This document shows positions 38,885 to 51,637 of a stretch of DNA of 64,000 nucleotides, piece by piece; the first letter of the stretch is position 1; every line of letters begins with the position of its first letter. A model generated the notes under the pieces. That model ran no database searches. It had not been told where the DNA came from and worked only from the letters and a program-made list of their open reading frames with translations. The translations under genes and the position numbers were made by a program. Source of the stretch: Lepidodermella squamata (Eukaryota > Animalia > Gastrotricha); contig JBLDXI010000064.1 of NCBI GenBank assembly GCA_047495785.1, positions 496,001-560,000 on the forward strand, written 5' to 3'.

Positions 38885-40917
38885 TGAATAATTTGTTGAA
38901 CCTATGTTTCGAAGTGCGGCTGTTCGTCGCCACTGGAGGATCCAAGTCGTACATGGAGTCGTTGCGGGCGTGCCAGGCCCAAGGCGGTCAACCGGTCTCG
39001 CTCGAGCAATGGGATGGCACAAATGCTGCAAGCGAGGCCCTGCTTGGCGGTAGTAATAGCTTCTGGTCTTCGAATGCTGCAGCGTTTTGGTTCGCGGATG
39101 GGCAGCTGCTCGATTGGGGCCTGCAGCCCGTTAGCTGATTTGCTGGGGAGCCAAGCAATGAAGGCGATTGTAAGTAGTTGATACCTATACCACCTATAAC
39201 ATCAAATATCGTAATGAATAAGGCGTGGCTTTGCGAATCGTCTCAGCATCGTCATTCGGCTACAACGATGTCCACTGTGAAACATTCACCCTCACAGAAA
39301 TCTACTGCGCCGACCCAGCTACGGTATGCAACCCTAATGTATCAAGTTGTACGCTGAATTGTGTGTTTTAGGGCGTAGTCGCAGTTCAGAGCAGTGGAAC
39401 CGCCAAGTCTTGGAATGAGGCGGACTCGCTGTGTACAGACGCGTCGAAGATGCTGCCGGTGGCCGCCAGTTCCGCTTCCATGTCCAGCCTCGCAGCTGCG
39501 TTCCCATCTGCCGGGAACATTTTCCTGAATGCGAAACGTCGCGATTCGAAATTTCATAACTACCGAACAGGTGGCATTGTGGCTTTCGTTGATCCTTCAC
39601 CTCTGCAATGTAAGTTTGATTACAGCTTTGATGAATAACTTGAATCCTGCTTTTCGTGAAACACTCACCCTTCATCTCTTTCTCGTTGCAGGTATACAGC
39701 GGGACAACACGATCGTGGATTGCACCACGGCGTTGCCGATGGTTTGCGAGAGAATGCCCGGCGTCGCCGAATTCTGACAACAACAAGCAATCGAGATGCT
39801 GAAATTTGAGAATGCACATAAGATTGCAATATATCGATCACCTTGCCTGCTTTCTTTCCTTTACCTTACTTTTTGTGAGAGAAATCAAACTTCAAGTTGA
39901 TGGTTGATGGACCATAGAATATCGGGAAATCAAAATAAAATGGGACAAATTTTATATCGTTGGATAGAGAAAATTCTCAGCAAGCTCAGGTAAACAGATT
40001 TTTTTAGAATTTTCATAGAATTTCCAGATGAGCCCTGCCTGAATAGCGATTCGAGCGAAAGAAATTCAACCGATGGTTTAAGTTGTCTAACTGAAATTCT
40101 TCCCATAAGAGGAGTCTTTTGATGATAAACTACGGTCGAATTACGCAGAATTCAAATAATGTGAATACTACCACACGTATGACCCTAACAATAAATGCGC
40201 GAAATAGGGTGCTCGATCTAGGGGTATTCCAAATGTTTATGACATAAGGGCCCCTGTGGTTTTTTGGGATTTACCTCGGCATCGGGTTCTTTAGCAAATA
40301 TCAGAAATTAACTATCATCAGCGCGAATTCGTACTGATCGCGTGACTGACTAAAACATGTTCGGCATTAGAAGCCAAGATAAAAAAGAACTACATTTTTA
40401 CAGTTTTCAGCTCTTCATTCCGTCGTAGCAACAACATCCAACAGAATATTATTTGTTATGTTGACGAGTAGATCTTCTTTATATCGGCCGGCCATTTACT
40501 ACTCAGGCCTTGGCCATTTTCTTCGGCGGCGCTGACTCTCAGCTACTACATCAGCTACACGTGATGCCATGCCGCCACCGGCGCCTACGCACGTGCTGTA
40601 ATACGAAGCTGAGTATAAGCCTTGTATTAATGCTTGTTTACTCGCGGCTCATATGATATAATGTAAGCACTCTCTCACGAATTATTTATAAGGTCGTATT
40701 TTAGTTGTGCTAAGAGTGATACCCTGCTCGCTACTTGCCTACAGGCTTTTCTCTACGCTACCCTCAACTAAGGTAATAGCAATTTATGTAAAACTAGGCT
40801 ATCAGCTATCAATAGGTTGCGTTTTCGTGATAAGATAAGAGAGTGGCGCAGTCTCTTACCACATCTCGACCAAACATCCGCATCGGATTTTAACTTAGAA
40901 AACAACCGTAACACATA

Positions 40918-41871
40918 ATGTCCGCTCCTGAACATCAACACCATGGCCCGCCTGATCTTGAGATGATCAAGAAATTCATGGCTGACTTCGCCGATACGTG
41001 GAGGCCGCTGGGAGGCAACAAACAAGACGGCATGCCCCGAGCCCTGTTCAACGGTCACTGGCTGCCGGCGTTCCTGCCAACGTACTGGCCAGAAATCTAC
41101 AACTTCCCTGTTACTAGCAACGATGTGGTCATTTTGAGCTTTCCGAAATGCGGCAGTCACTGGCTGCACTACATCACGTACCTGATTAAAACGGGCGATT
41201 TCGACAGCACCCAGCAACACATGATTATGGAACTGCCGAAACCGCTGATGGCGGGCGCTCTTGAACGCTACGGCGCAACGCCAGGTTCGAAAATTCTGGC
41301 CACGCATTTGATGCCTAGCATGCTGCCTAAGAAAGTCTACAACGCGAAGCTGATCTACATCTATCGAAATGCGAAAGACGCTGCCGTTTCCTTTTACCAC
41401 CACTTTGTAGGCTTGGATAACCCGAACTTTCCGTTCAAGCTCACGTTTGATCAATTTGCGAGAAACTACATCAAAGGAGATTTCCTTTTCGGGCCTTACC
41501 ACACCCACGTGAAAGCTTACCAGCAACTGAAACAAGATGGTAAGGATATTCTGATACTCCGATATGAAGATGTGAAAAAGGACCCATCTGGGGCGATTCG
41601 CAAAATTGCTGCCCATCTTGGCAAAGACCTTGACGATGCGACAGTTGAGAAGATTCGAGAACGTACAAGCTTCTCGCAAATGCGTGAAAACAGAAATTAC
41701 AACTGGTCTGACGCGAAGCAGGCCGGCGTTTTTGCTAAGGATGCTGAATTTCTGAGGAAGGGCGAAGTCGGCGACTGGCGCAATCATTTCAAAGATCCAC
41801 AATTGTTGGCTGATTTCGAGAAGTATATCGCCGACAATTTGCCGCCAGAATTGATTATACCATGTGAATGA
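40918..41871 (+). CDS. Cytosolic sulfotransferase, copy 2, intronless
   Basis: SFPKCGSHW, ATHLM, RNAKDAAVSFYHH, RKGEVGDWRNHF. Confidence 0.95.
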   Translation: MSAPEHQHHGPPDLEMIKKFMADFADTWRPLGGNKQDGMPRALFNGHWLPAFLPTYWPEIYNFPVTSNDVVILSFPKCGSHWLHYITYLIKTGDFDSTQQHMIMELPKPLMAGALERYGATPGSKILATHLMPSMLPKKVYNAKLIYIYRNAKDAAVSFYHHFVGLDNPNFPFKLTFDQFARNYIKGDFLFGPYHTHVKAYQQLKQDGKDILILRYEDVKKDPSGAIRKIAAHLGKDLDDATVEKIRERTSFSQMRENRNYNWSDAKQAGVFAKDAEFLRKGEVGDWRNHFKDPQLLADFEKYIADNLPPELIIPCE

Positions 41872-42765
41872 TAGCAGAACCAAAATAATTTTATCAATTT
41901 TGCATTTGCTGGATGATTTTAGCGATTCGACCTGCCAATTCTAATTGGAAATTTCATAAAAGAAATGTGTCATCTGCGTGGCTTCAAATTGTATTATTGT
42001 TGCAAATTCAGGTCAAGTAAACATTTTCAGTTGTCTAGTACCTTCAGTCCAGCAGTACTTTCCACTACTGTGTCCCTTTTCATTCGTTCACTGAGGCATC
42101 CTAATAACTAGTTAACCCAAGAAAATTCTTCACCAGAACTGAATGTTTTCGCAATCATACCTTCGCTACGAATAATTTTAAAACAACACATGTGTCGCGA
42201 AGCGGGTTAAGAAACACGGTCGAATCAATAATCAATGTGATCTACGTGGTTGCAGCAAATGTTGCTAGGAGAAACTAGCCAAAGGCCTGAACATAAACTA
42301 TTGGCTACCTTAGGGAAATAAATCCAAGAGCCAAGTTCAACTCTAATAATTTCTGCTATGATGCATGACATGGAGGATTTTTTTAATTTATAATGACTCT
42401 CTCCGCATTATGATTTTTATTTGTAATCACTGGCAAATCAGCCGAGAAAGCAACATTTGATCAACCGCGGTGAACGCATACTTTTTGCATAAAAAATGTA
42501 CCATGGCAGCGCAAAAACGTGTAAGGCCGAATTTGCACGTAGGCGAGCTTGGTAGCCACTGAATAATTTATTCATACGCCGTAGAATTTCAGATGTCCAC
42601 AAAGATTTGTTGCTGCAAAGCAGCGTGAAAGATATCCCACATTATTACCTGCAATACCTCGAGTTCATAAAAATATTAACATCGCGCGCAAAAAATGGTG
42701 GAAAATCAATGTTGAGTCGGGCTTGCTCACTGCGACTATTATCAAAATAATATCAAATCTATAAA

Positions 42766-45700
42766 ATGATTTTGCTTCTAACGGCAGCGCTATGCCACAG
42801 CGTTGCTGCTGGAGGTTATCACTACAACATCTACCCCGGAATGGCCTTCGGCCCAGTTAAGGCCGGCTACGACCTCTCAATCCACCTTGTCGGAAATCTA
42901 AGCTCCGTTCAATCAGCCGTAGCTTGTATGGCTTCGTGTAATTCGAACGATCTCTGCAGGTCTGGCCAATTCACAGCGACTAACCAAACGTGCTACTTAT
43001 GGAGCTTTGATTTGCCTGGCTCAACGATTGCTCAAGTCCTAGCGAATGCGGACGCAACATCTTTTTCAGTGGCATCGCAGGGTCTGATGAAGAAATCGCG
43101 CCAGTGTTCGGCGAAATCTTCTTGCGCTGTAACAGCGACATGGGATGCAATACTCAAATCAGCTTGGACAGCGCCTTGCTTGTTGCAGCAAGTTTCAGGC
43201 ACTGAAATTGTTGACTTTGATAATTCTTACGTAACCGACTTTGGTTACTCCTCGAGCTCTGTCTTGAGCGACGAGAAGCCGCCACTCGGCCATCTCTACG
43301 AAAATCATCCGCATTATTTCGGGTTCGGTAATAATCCTCCAGTTGGTTCTTGGTTTAAAATCGATCTGCAACGCTTCGTTTGGATGACGGAATTCCAGCT
43401 TTACTGCGCAAACTGTTTATTCAAGCTAAAAGTCGAGTGGAGTTTTGATGGATTGGCTTTCCAAGCGATTGATAATGGCCATGGCCAGAACAAGTTGTGG
43501 AATCCTATCGAAGGCAATACTTCGATTTTCACGCCTTTCCGGCCGGTTCTTACAAAGCACGTCAGATTTTCAAACACATTCGAGAATAGAACGGCGTTTC
43601 AAAGCAAGGCGAAAGCGGCAGTTAAAGGCTCCCCGGCAAATTGCTTTGATCCTTTAGGCATGGAAACTAATGAAATTGGAGATTCTCAACTTTCGACCGA
43701 AACTGTTGCAGTAGCAAAGCCGTATTACTCGCGGCTGAATTGGGGGTTGGCCGCGTATGCTAACAGCATGCCTTTGATAATTGACTTGAGGAAACAGACC
43801 GTGGTCACTGCTGTTCAAATTCAGGGCTGCGCCATGCCTAATTCTTGGGTCAAAGTGTTCACCTTGAGCTACAAGGCTGGGTCGAGTGATAACTGGGCTG
43901 AGCTGCAGGACAAATATGGTCAAGCTGCTTTCGCGGGTAACGTCGACGCGTTGACCATCGTAACAGTTGTATTCCCGTGGCCGATTGTTGCGCAATACTT
44001 CAGGATTGAGCCGATTTCATTCTCTGGCGCGAAGCCTTGTTACAAAATCGAACTGCTTGGCTGTAGAACTATCCCAAGGTATACACCGAATATTGCCTTC
44101 AAAGCTCCTATAGCCAAAACGTTTGCCTTGGCGACTGATGCTTTGGTTGGAATCCCAGGTGCCTCAGTTTTGACTGGCGACCGTGTAATCCGGGAGAGAA
44201 GTTTCACAAACTGCACGAAGCTGCGAACAGGTGATGGGACGCCTTGGTCCAGGTCTTACGTCACAATTGATTTGGGCGAGACGAAAACTATCACGTCTGT
44301 GGAAATTGCAACCCCGCAACTCGACCCAGCATTCACACTCGTCCCAGATGGCTATTGGCCCCTTGACATATTGCGTCGAGCTGACGATCTGAGCGGCAAT
44401 GGCAACAACGGCGTCTACTCAACCGCATTGACATTTGGCTCGGGTGTTGCTGGGCGGGCTCTGTCTGCCCTCGTGTGGTCCGGCTCTGGCAAAATGTTTC
44501 TACCGATGGATAATTTGGCTGCTGACAAAAATAACGGCTGGACATTCTCAGCATGGGTGTGGCACACGAGTGGCATTATCAATTTGTTCAGCTCAACTCA
44601 AGGAAAGTAAGCCTCAGAATGGAAAGCTTATGTATTGACAAATGTAACGACGCTTTTCCGTAGTATTTGTATGCGAATTTGGATTGACGATGCAGGGACG
44701 TTTCTAGTGGATCAATCTCGGGCATGCAACGACACTGGGAGCTTCCCTAAAATCCATGGTTTCGTAATCATCGATAAAAATCGCTGGGTTCACACCGCTG
44801 TGACATTCGACTGCCGCTCAGGTATCGCTCGAGCTTTCATCGATCGCATCCTTCGCGGTATTTTTGCGGTCAGCTGCTTTACTCCGACTGCAGTCAAAGT
44901 AAATGCTTACCTCGTGGTGGGTGGCGCATGGACCGGGAGGCTAGCACACATCCAAATATACAAACGGGCCTTGGACAACGCTGAGATTGATCAGAGTGCC
45001 CGAGCTCCTTGGACTCGTGAGTAAAGGCACTATATCGCCAATTTATCTAATATATGGTCTGAATTTGTAGCCCCGATGCCTGTTGTGCTGTATCCGTTGG
45101 CCTGCAACCTGGCTGATCTCATTACGCCAAGCTATCCGTTTACAGCAGTTGGAAACCCGACGTGCGACAATATGCTCAGCTACAGCAGCACGTAAATCAA
45201 AATTACATCATTTTGAAATCAAACATCAAGTTGCTCACCAAAAACGTTTGAACACTTATGCCCTCGACTTTGACCGAATCTCGCATATGCCTAATTTCTC
45301 TGTTTTTAATGACAATGAATTATGGTCATTTCAAAATTGTTGTTAAGCACCTCGATGATTCATCAGACGGTTTGAAAAACAATTGCTTTTTTCTATTTAG
45401 CGCATGGAGGCTCAATTCTCAATCTGATTATTTATGGATAAAATCTGCTTCATCCCGCTTTTACATCCAACCTTGGACATTCTCGCTCCTGTTTCATTTC
45501 AAACCGGCTAGTTTTGGCGGATTGTTGATGGGCTGGACGAATGAGTTGAATTCAACAGCCTTTGAAACTGGGATGAGCACATCGTCAACGGGCTACCTTC
45601 AAATTGTTGCTACTTGCGCTGGCTCAACATCACCTTTCACGCTAACGTCTTCGAAAAAACTGCTACTGAATCAGTGGAACTATGTTGGATTTCATTACAT

Positions 45701-48700
45701 AGTAGCGTCAGGTAATACTTTTTTGATGCAAGAAGGCGAATTCGTCACCTCGTGGTCAGCACGCTGTGACGGCTTCGGAATACAAACCGATGGGACGTAT
45801 TTCAGAATCGGAGGTGCAAACAGCCATCCGGCGAGCTATGCGTGCGTGCAACTGTATAACAGCGCCGTATTGCTTACGCCAAGATTCGCCCATTCCTCGA
45901 GGCGATGCCCGCTAACCAGCTCAATGAAAGCCGTTCTGTTAACACCCTTCGACTACAACAACGGCCTGTCTACAGTCGATGGTACAACTGATGTGCTAAC
46001 TGCGGCTGGATCGTCCCTGCGTGGGCCTGCGTTCCCCTGGTCGACGGGCAACACGGAGGTGTTTCGATTTTCTCCGGCTGCGGCTAATTCACTGAGTACG
46101 CCTTCATATTCTATTAATTACAAGGTCGGCTTCAACCGCTCTGCCCCTCTGCCATCCTATACCGTGGCAATCCACGCAATGCTGTTTCCAAATTTCACTG
46201 CTGGCAGCCAGCCAATATTCCAACTGGCCATGGTTACATCTCCTCTTCTCCAGCTGCTCTACAACTCGACGGACATGTCGATATCCTACATGGTGAATTG
46301 CGGTGGAGTGCAGACTGCAAACGATACCGGCAACGCGGCTGTTAATCGCTGGCAGCACCTGCTTTTGAACGTCGATTTCACAGCAGGCGGTCATCGCATC
46401 ACTGGCTACCGTGATGGCATTGCTGGGACAACGCAAAGCTTCGGCGATTGCATTCCTGGTGACACGAATGGCCTCGTCATAGGAAGGGTATGGTCTGCTT
46501 TTTCAACATCATAAAATGTTCTCAAGCCAAAAGTGACAGGTGGCAAAATGGGCTCAAGTTGTAGGGTAACCTCAGTGTATGCTATTGTGCATGTTCAACC
46601 TGTGAATGAGGGATTACGGCTAAAATACGGCCTTTATTTTAGGTTCTGCCTTCTACTATGTATGCTACGGTATCGATCTTTCCATAGTGAATAATTTATT
46701 AGAGGTGAATTTGAAAAGAAAGGATGGTAACATTTGAGAGCCCTAGCTAGAACAATTAGTTTATCGAGGTTGCGAATTTTCGCGTAAGGGAATACTCTAT
46801 GGCTTTTACATGGAGAAATTCAATTCCCCATGATCTAAAACCCCGAGGCGAGTCCGACGAAGCCGGCGACCCTATTTAGAGAGTTTTAGAGAGCATAAAA
46901 ACATATTAAAATTCGCCATCTTTTAGGATGTCTCGAGCAGTGCGTCCTTCACAGGGTTGATGACGTGGCTGGCAATATACCAAAGCCCTGTAGATTCACT
47001 CCTAGCCATGGAGCTTGCTAATCAAATTCCTACCCCCAATACCTGTAAGTGCTGAAACTTTATAATACCTTGACGATAACAAAGTTATTGCGCTTTCAGT
47101 GGAGGGCCACGTTTGCGAGTCTGACCTGTCATTTACATCGGCCTGGACTTACAGTTCAAACTACTCCTCTGCTTCCCCCTGCGTTTGCCCTGGATCGGGT
47201 GATGTTCGTGGCTCTATAGCTTGCAGTTGGACCCCAGCGACCTTGTCGAACACGGAATTCTTGACTCTGAACTTCGGCGAGCAGAAAATCGTTACATCGA
47301 TTGCAACATCTGGCGATTCGGTGAATAACTGCTTTGTCCGAACCTACCGACTGTCGTACAGCACTAATGGCGTTACCTTCAAAACATTCCACGATCGAGC
47401 CATCATCAACTAAAGTAACCCGACATATAATAAATTCTCGAAAAATGAAATAAATGTCGATAGATTTTCGTTGCAAACAACGATTCAACGTCGACTCAGT
47501 GGAGCTTCATCAGGCCTCACGTCATAGCCCGGCATCTCAGATTCCATCCTGAATCATGGAGTACTCACATTTGTTTGAAATGGCGAGTTCGAGGATGCGC
47601 GCGTAAGATTATAAAATTACTTATAATTCTGCAATGATAATTTTTCGAAACTCATTAGATCAATTTTGTAACATTGAGCTTTACGATAGCGAATCCGTTG
47701 AAACTGCTTCGAGTGCAACAAATCCTAGTGATTTGAGCAGGAATGACATCGGCAACTCAGACTGGATCCCACTCGCCTCAGATCGTCAGCCCTACTTCCA
47801 AATCACATTCACCGAACTGAAAATCGTCAACATTGTCGCGGTTCAATCTAGCGCTACCCTGGCTGCCTGGATTGAAAAGTATCACCTGACCTATCGGCTA
47901 AAGGGCGACAGTAGCAAATGGGTAGCTTACACCGGCAACAGTGGGTCGAGAATTAGAATTTTCGATGGACCATCCAGTGGTCCGAATTCTGAACCTTTCG
48001 TCAACTACCTTAAACCACCTCTAGTTGCATTCGCCATCCGATTGTACGTGGACGATTACACTCTACAGCCGATAGGACGCTTCAGCTTCAAGGGCTGTTC
48101 CTACGCCGACGTTGGATACGCCATTACAGAGCTGAGAGTTGCTGTTTCCAACAGCGTCCCGACTTCCTTCTCTAGTGCAGTATTGAAGAGCTGCAACAAT
48201 GCCGGCGACAGTGCGTCCATTGACCCTAATGTTCCTTTTGACACTAGAATGTCCGTGCCCTGTGTTCCACCCGCAACTGGCCGTTATGTCAACGTGATAT
48301 CTATCTCTCGCGACGCCATCATTTTGATATGTAAAGTTGAAGCTAGCACTGAAACTGGGACGAATTACGCTCTGTTCAAGAAAGTCACATCGTCAAGTTT
48401 TTCGGCTTCACTCAGCGCTGTCATGACTGATGGCTCATTCTTTCCATCAAGCAGCGGCGGGACCGCTGACTTCTGGTTTCTGATCGACATTGGCCAGTCG
48501 ATTTACGTGTCGAAGATAGTTCCGACGGTTTCTTATATTACCGTTAGTTTATTCAATGCGGTGAGTTACGAAGTCGTTTCCCGAGTCGGTGATGAATCAT
48601 CGGCCAGTGCAGCGGTCAATCCTATTTGTGATATCTATCGAGCGTATCGCTTCCCGAATTTGGTGATCGGCCAAGCGCTTACGATGTACTGCACGCCTCC

Positions 48701-48775
48701 GTTGCTGGGTCGATACATTCGCGTCGAAAAATCAGGCGCAATGTCGATAACATTCTCTGAAATTTTAGTCTACTA
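42766..48775 (+). CDS. Large secreted modular protein: PAN/apple-like, F5/8C (discoidin) domains, about three LamG/pentraxin-like domains and C-terminal F-type-lectin-like domains; apparent 1-nt frameshift near 47400
   Basis: Signal peptide; CMASCNSNDLCRS..CYL (PAN-like); WFKIDL, CFDPLGME, IDLRKQTVVTAVQIQG..FAGNVD..PIVAQYFRIEP (F5/8C); GYWPLD..DLSGNGNNG..WTFSAWV, WVHTAVTFD (LamG-like); CVPPATGRYV, CTPPLLGRYIRV (FTP-like); no TM segment. Confidence 0.78.
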
Positions 48776-49473
48776 AGAATACTGACTGCATATATTTTGA
48801 CTTGATTCCTTGTAATGGTCACTATGGATCATCATATATCGATGGATTGCTGTAATCAAGGGCTGTCGATTGGAGCCCGATCGAATTATGATTTTTGCCT
48901 TCGAAGTAAAAACAATGCGCAATAATCGTGTTTTTTGGCCAAAACGTAAACCTGACTGTGCCGCGTGGACTTTCATCGGACACCAATCGATAAACCCTTG
49001 CTTACAGCAATCGATTGATATATAATGAAGCATAGTGACCCTCCACGGTTCGGCCACTATGGCAATGGAAAATATTGTTCATCTCGTATGCCGTATGCCG
49101 TAAGCCTATGCCGTATAAGCTTAGATCCTCTGATTACAACTCTAATTTTAAGCGATTTTTCGTTATCTTGTCTTTCTCGAGTCTGATTTGATCTTATACC
49201 CTCATAAATCGCATTCAAATAAATAAATAATTAAGTAAGTAATTCATGAATTAATAAAAAATTGTGCGACTATCAAAAAGGCAATATTGCGACATAAATG
49301 TTCCATGTGTGTAATTCTGAAACGTACTGCACGTGATTTTTCACAATCTCCAAGATAACGACGCAGGGTGTGGCGATAAGACCCGAGTGGGTTTTCTCTT
49401 ACCACATCGCAGCTTGGAAAACCACACCGGGATTTCACATCAGCTTCTTTGTATCTAGACCCTGATCATCGCC

Positions 49474-50367
49474 ATGGCAGAATTAGCAGAGACTTGGAAG
49501 CACCTGGGCACCGACGGAGAAGGCATGCCCCGAGCTCTGTTCAACGGCTACTGGGAGCCCGCGTTCATGCCGACGTACTGGCCGCAAATTTACAACTTCC
49601 CGCTGACCAGCGACGACGTGGTTGTTCTGAGCTTCCCTAAATGCGGCACCCACTGGTTGCACTACATCGTGTATTTGATTCAGACTCGCAATTTCGACAG
49701 CCCTCCACCGCACGATGAACGCGTGCTGTTCGAACTGCCGAGAGATTTCAAGCCATCCGCCCTTGAAAGCTACGCCGCGAAACCAGGGCCGAAAATCCCA
49801 ACGTCCCACTTACCACCTTGCCTGTTGCCGAAAAGCATATTCAACGCAAAGTTGATTTACATTTACCGAAATGCGAAAGACGCGGCTGTTTCCTTTTACC
49901 ACCATATGCTTGCTATGAAGAACTTTCCGTTCAACCTCACGTTCGAACAGTATGCGAGGAAATACATCAGTGGTGATTTTTTGTTCGGGCCTTACCACAC
50001 CCACGTAAAGGCGTTCCACCAGTTGAAACAAGAAGGCAGGGACATTTTGATGCTTCGTTATGAGGATGTCAAAAAGGACCCAGCTGGTGCGATTCGGCAG
50101 CTTGCAATATACCTTGGCAAGGAGTTGGATGATGCAACTGTTGAAAGAATTCGCGAGCTTACAAGCTTTTCGAAAATGCGAAACAACGAAGTTTATAACT
50201 GGGCTGGCGCAAAGCAGGCCGGGGTTTTCGCTAAAGATGCTGAATTTATCCGAAAGGGCGAAGTCGGCGACTGGCGAAATCATTTCAAAGACCCGCAGCT
50301 TTTGGCTGATTTCGAAAAATATATAACTGATAATCTGCCACCAGAGCTTATTATACCTAGTAAATGA
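49474..50367 (+). CDS. Cytosolic sulfotransferase, copy 3, intronless, shorter N-terminus
   Basis: SFPKCGTHW, TSHLP, RNAKDAAVSFYHH, RKGEVGDWRNHF. Confidence 0.95.
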   Translation: MAELAETWKHLGTDGEGMPRALFNGYWEPAFMPTYWPQIYNFPLTSDDVVVLSFPKCGTHWLHYIVYLIQTRNFDSPPPHDERVLFELPRDFKPSALESYAAKPGPKIPTSHLPPCLLPKSIFNAKLIYIYRNAKDAAVSFYHHMLAMKNFPFNLTFEQYARKYISGDFLFGPYHTHVKAFHQLKQEGRDILMLRYEDVKKDPAGAIRQLAIYLGKELDDATVERIRELTSFSKMRNNEVYNWAGAKQAGVFAKDAEFIRKGEVGDWRNHFKDPQLLADFEKYITDNLPPELIIPSK

Positions 50368-51637
50368 TAGTGTTATAAATACTCTAAACAAATTTATTAT
50401 CGCTTTGAGTGAATGATTTCAGCAATTCAAACATAGGTATTTTCGATTCATTATTGATTTGTTTACCAACTGAAAAATCGAAAGTGAATATTGAGTTCAA
50501 GTAAAACATCTGGAAAGATTTAATTGGCTTTGATTCGAGGTTTCCGATGCGGACAGTTTTTCGCAGTGTATACGACCTAACATCGGTTCGATTGCGATTA
50601 TTGGGCTAACAAATCAAGCTAAGGAAAGGGGAAAGTATTTCAAATTCGTCAGAATTTCAAATTTTTGGGCTGTTCATGTTCTCAATAGATTTGGCGTCAT
50701 CAGGTGCTTCAATAGCCGAATGACGATTTTTTGATTTTTTACGAATAATCTTTTCAAGTCCGATTCGGCGAATCATTTCCTGAACCTGTGATAGAGTTTT
50801 GTTTGTTTTTTTTCGTGGCAAAAACAATTAAGAATCCCCATTGGTTATTACTGCCGAAACAAAATGATCGATGTTGAATCAACAGGATACTGCTGAGCTG
50901 TTTCCGTTCGAGATGCCTGGTTGATTTCAATATTCCATCCAAAAAAAAGTTAGCAATTCATGGAGTATCCACTATTCGAATTTTCTCGAAATACAAATGT
51001 TGCGATTGGCAATTGCAGCTGCTATTTTGACGAGTGGCTTCGCCGCCTTCATGAAGACCGTGCCAACAGCCTTCTGGCCACTGCGTGAATATCAAGGACT
51101 GTACGACTATAGCGGCAATGACATCCATGGTGTGAACCCGAGTTCTCCCGTCTACGACAAGACAGTTGCTATGCCAGACGGGAAAACCACGCCGCTGCAA
51201 CTCGGACCGGGTGCTGATAATTACGTCAAATTCACCAGCCAAATGCTGAACTTTGGTGGAAAGAACACATGGACTTGCGCGCTCTTCTTCAAAGCCGACA
51301 CGTCCGCTGTAGTGCCTATTTTCGAGTATAAATCTAACAAACCAGCAACTAGTGGATTTCTTTTAGGAGTTAATTACAAGGACGGTGCTGCCAAAACCGG
51401 CTACCTCTTCGCCCAGGTTGACGCTAGCACTCCCAGTTTCGGCATGTGGTGCACAGTTATTGACTGGCGATTCGTTGCCATCTCATTTAACGGCTCCCAT
51501 TACAACTTGTTTTGCGATACAAAACTTGCGAGCAGCCAGCCGTACAATAACATTAGAGCTGATACAGCAACTGGCGAATTGTTCCTAGGCAGCAGGCAGG
51601 GTTATGACACCACTGCCGCGGCGTATGCATTTTGGTT

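Noticed and set aside
40768-41883. 371-aa minus-strand ORF, with similar ORFs at 28159-28638 and 49810-50391
   Set aside because: Antisense shadows of the sulfotransferase genes; no motifs and not open consistently across the three copies
46562-46874. TAGGGT...ACCCTA ends in an intron as a hAT MITE
   Set aside because: Inverted match is very short and there is no TSD
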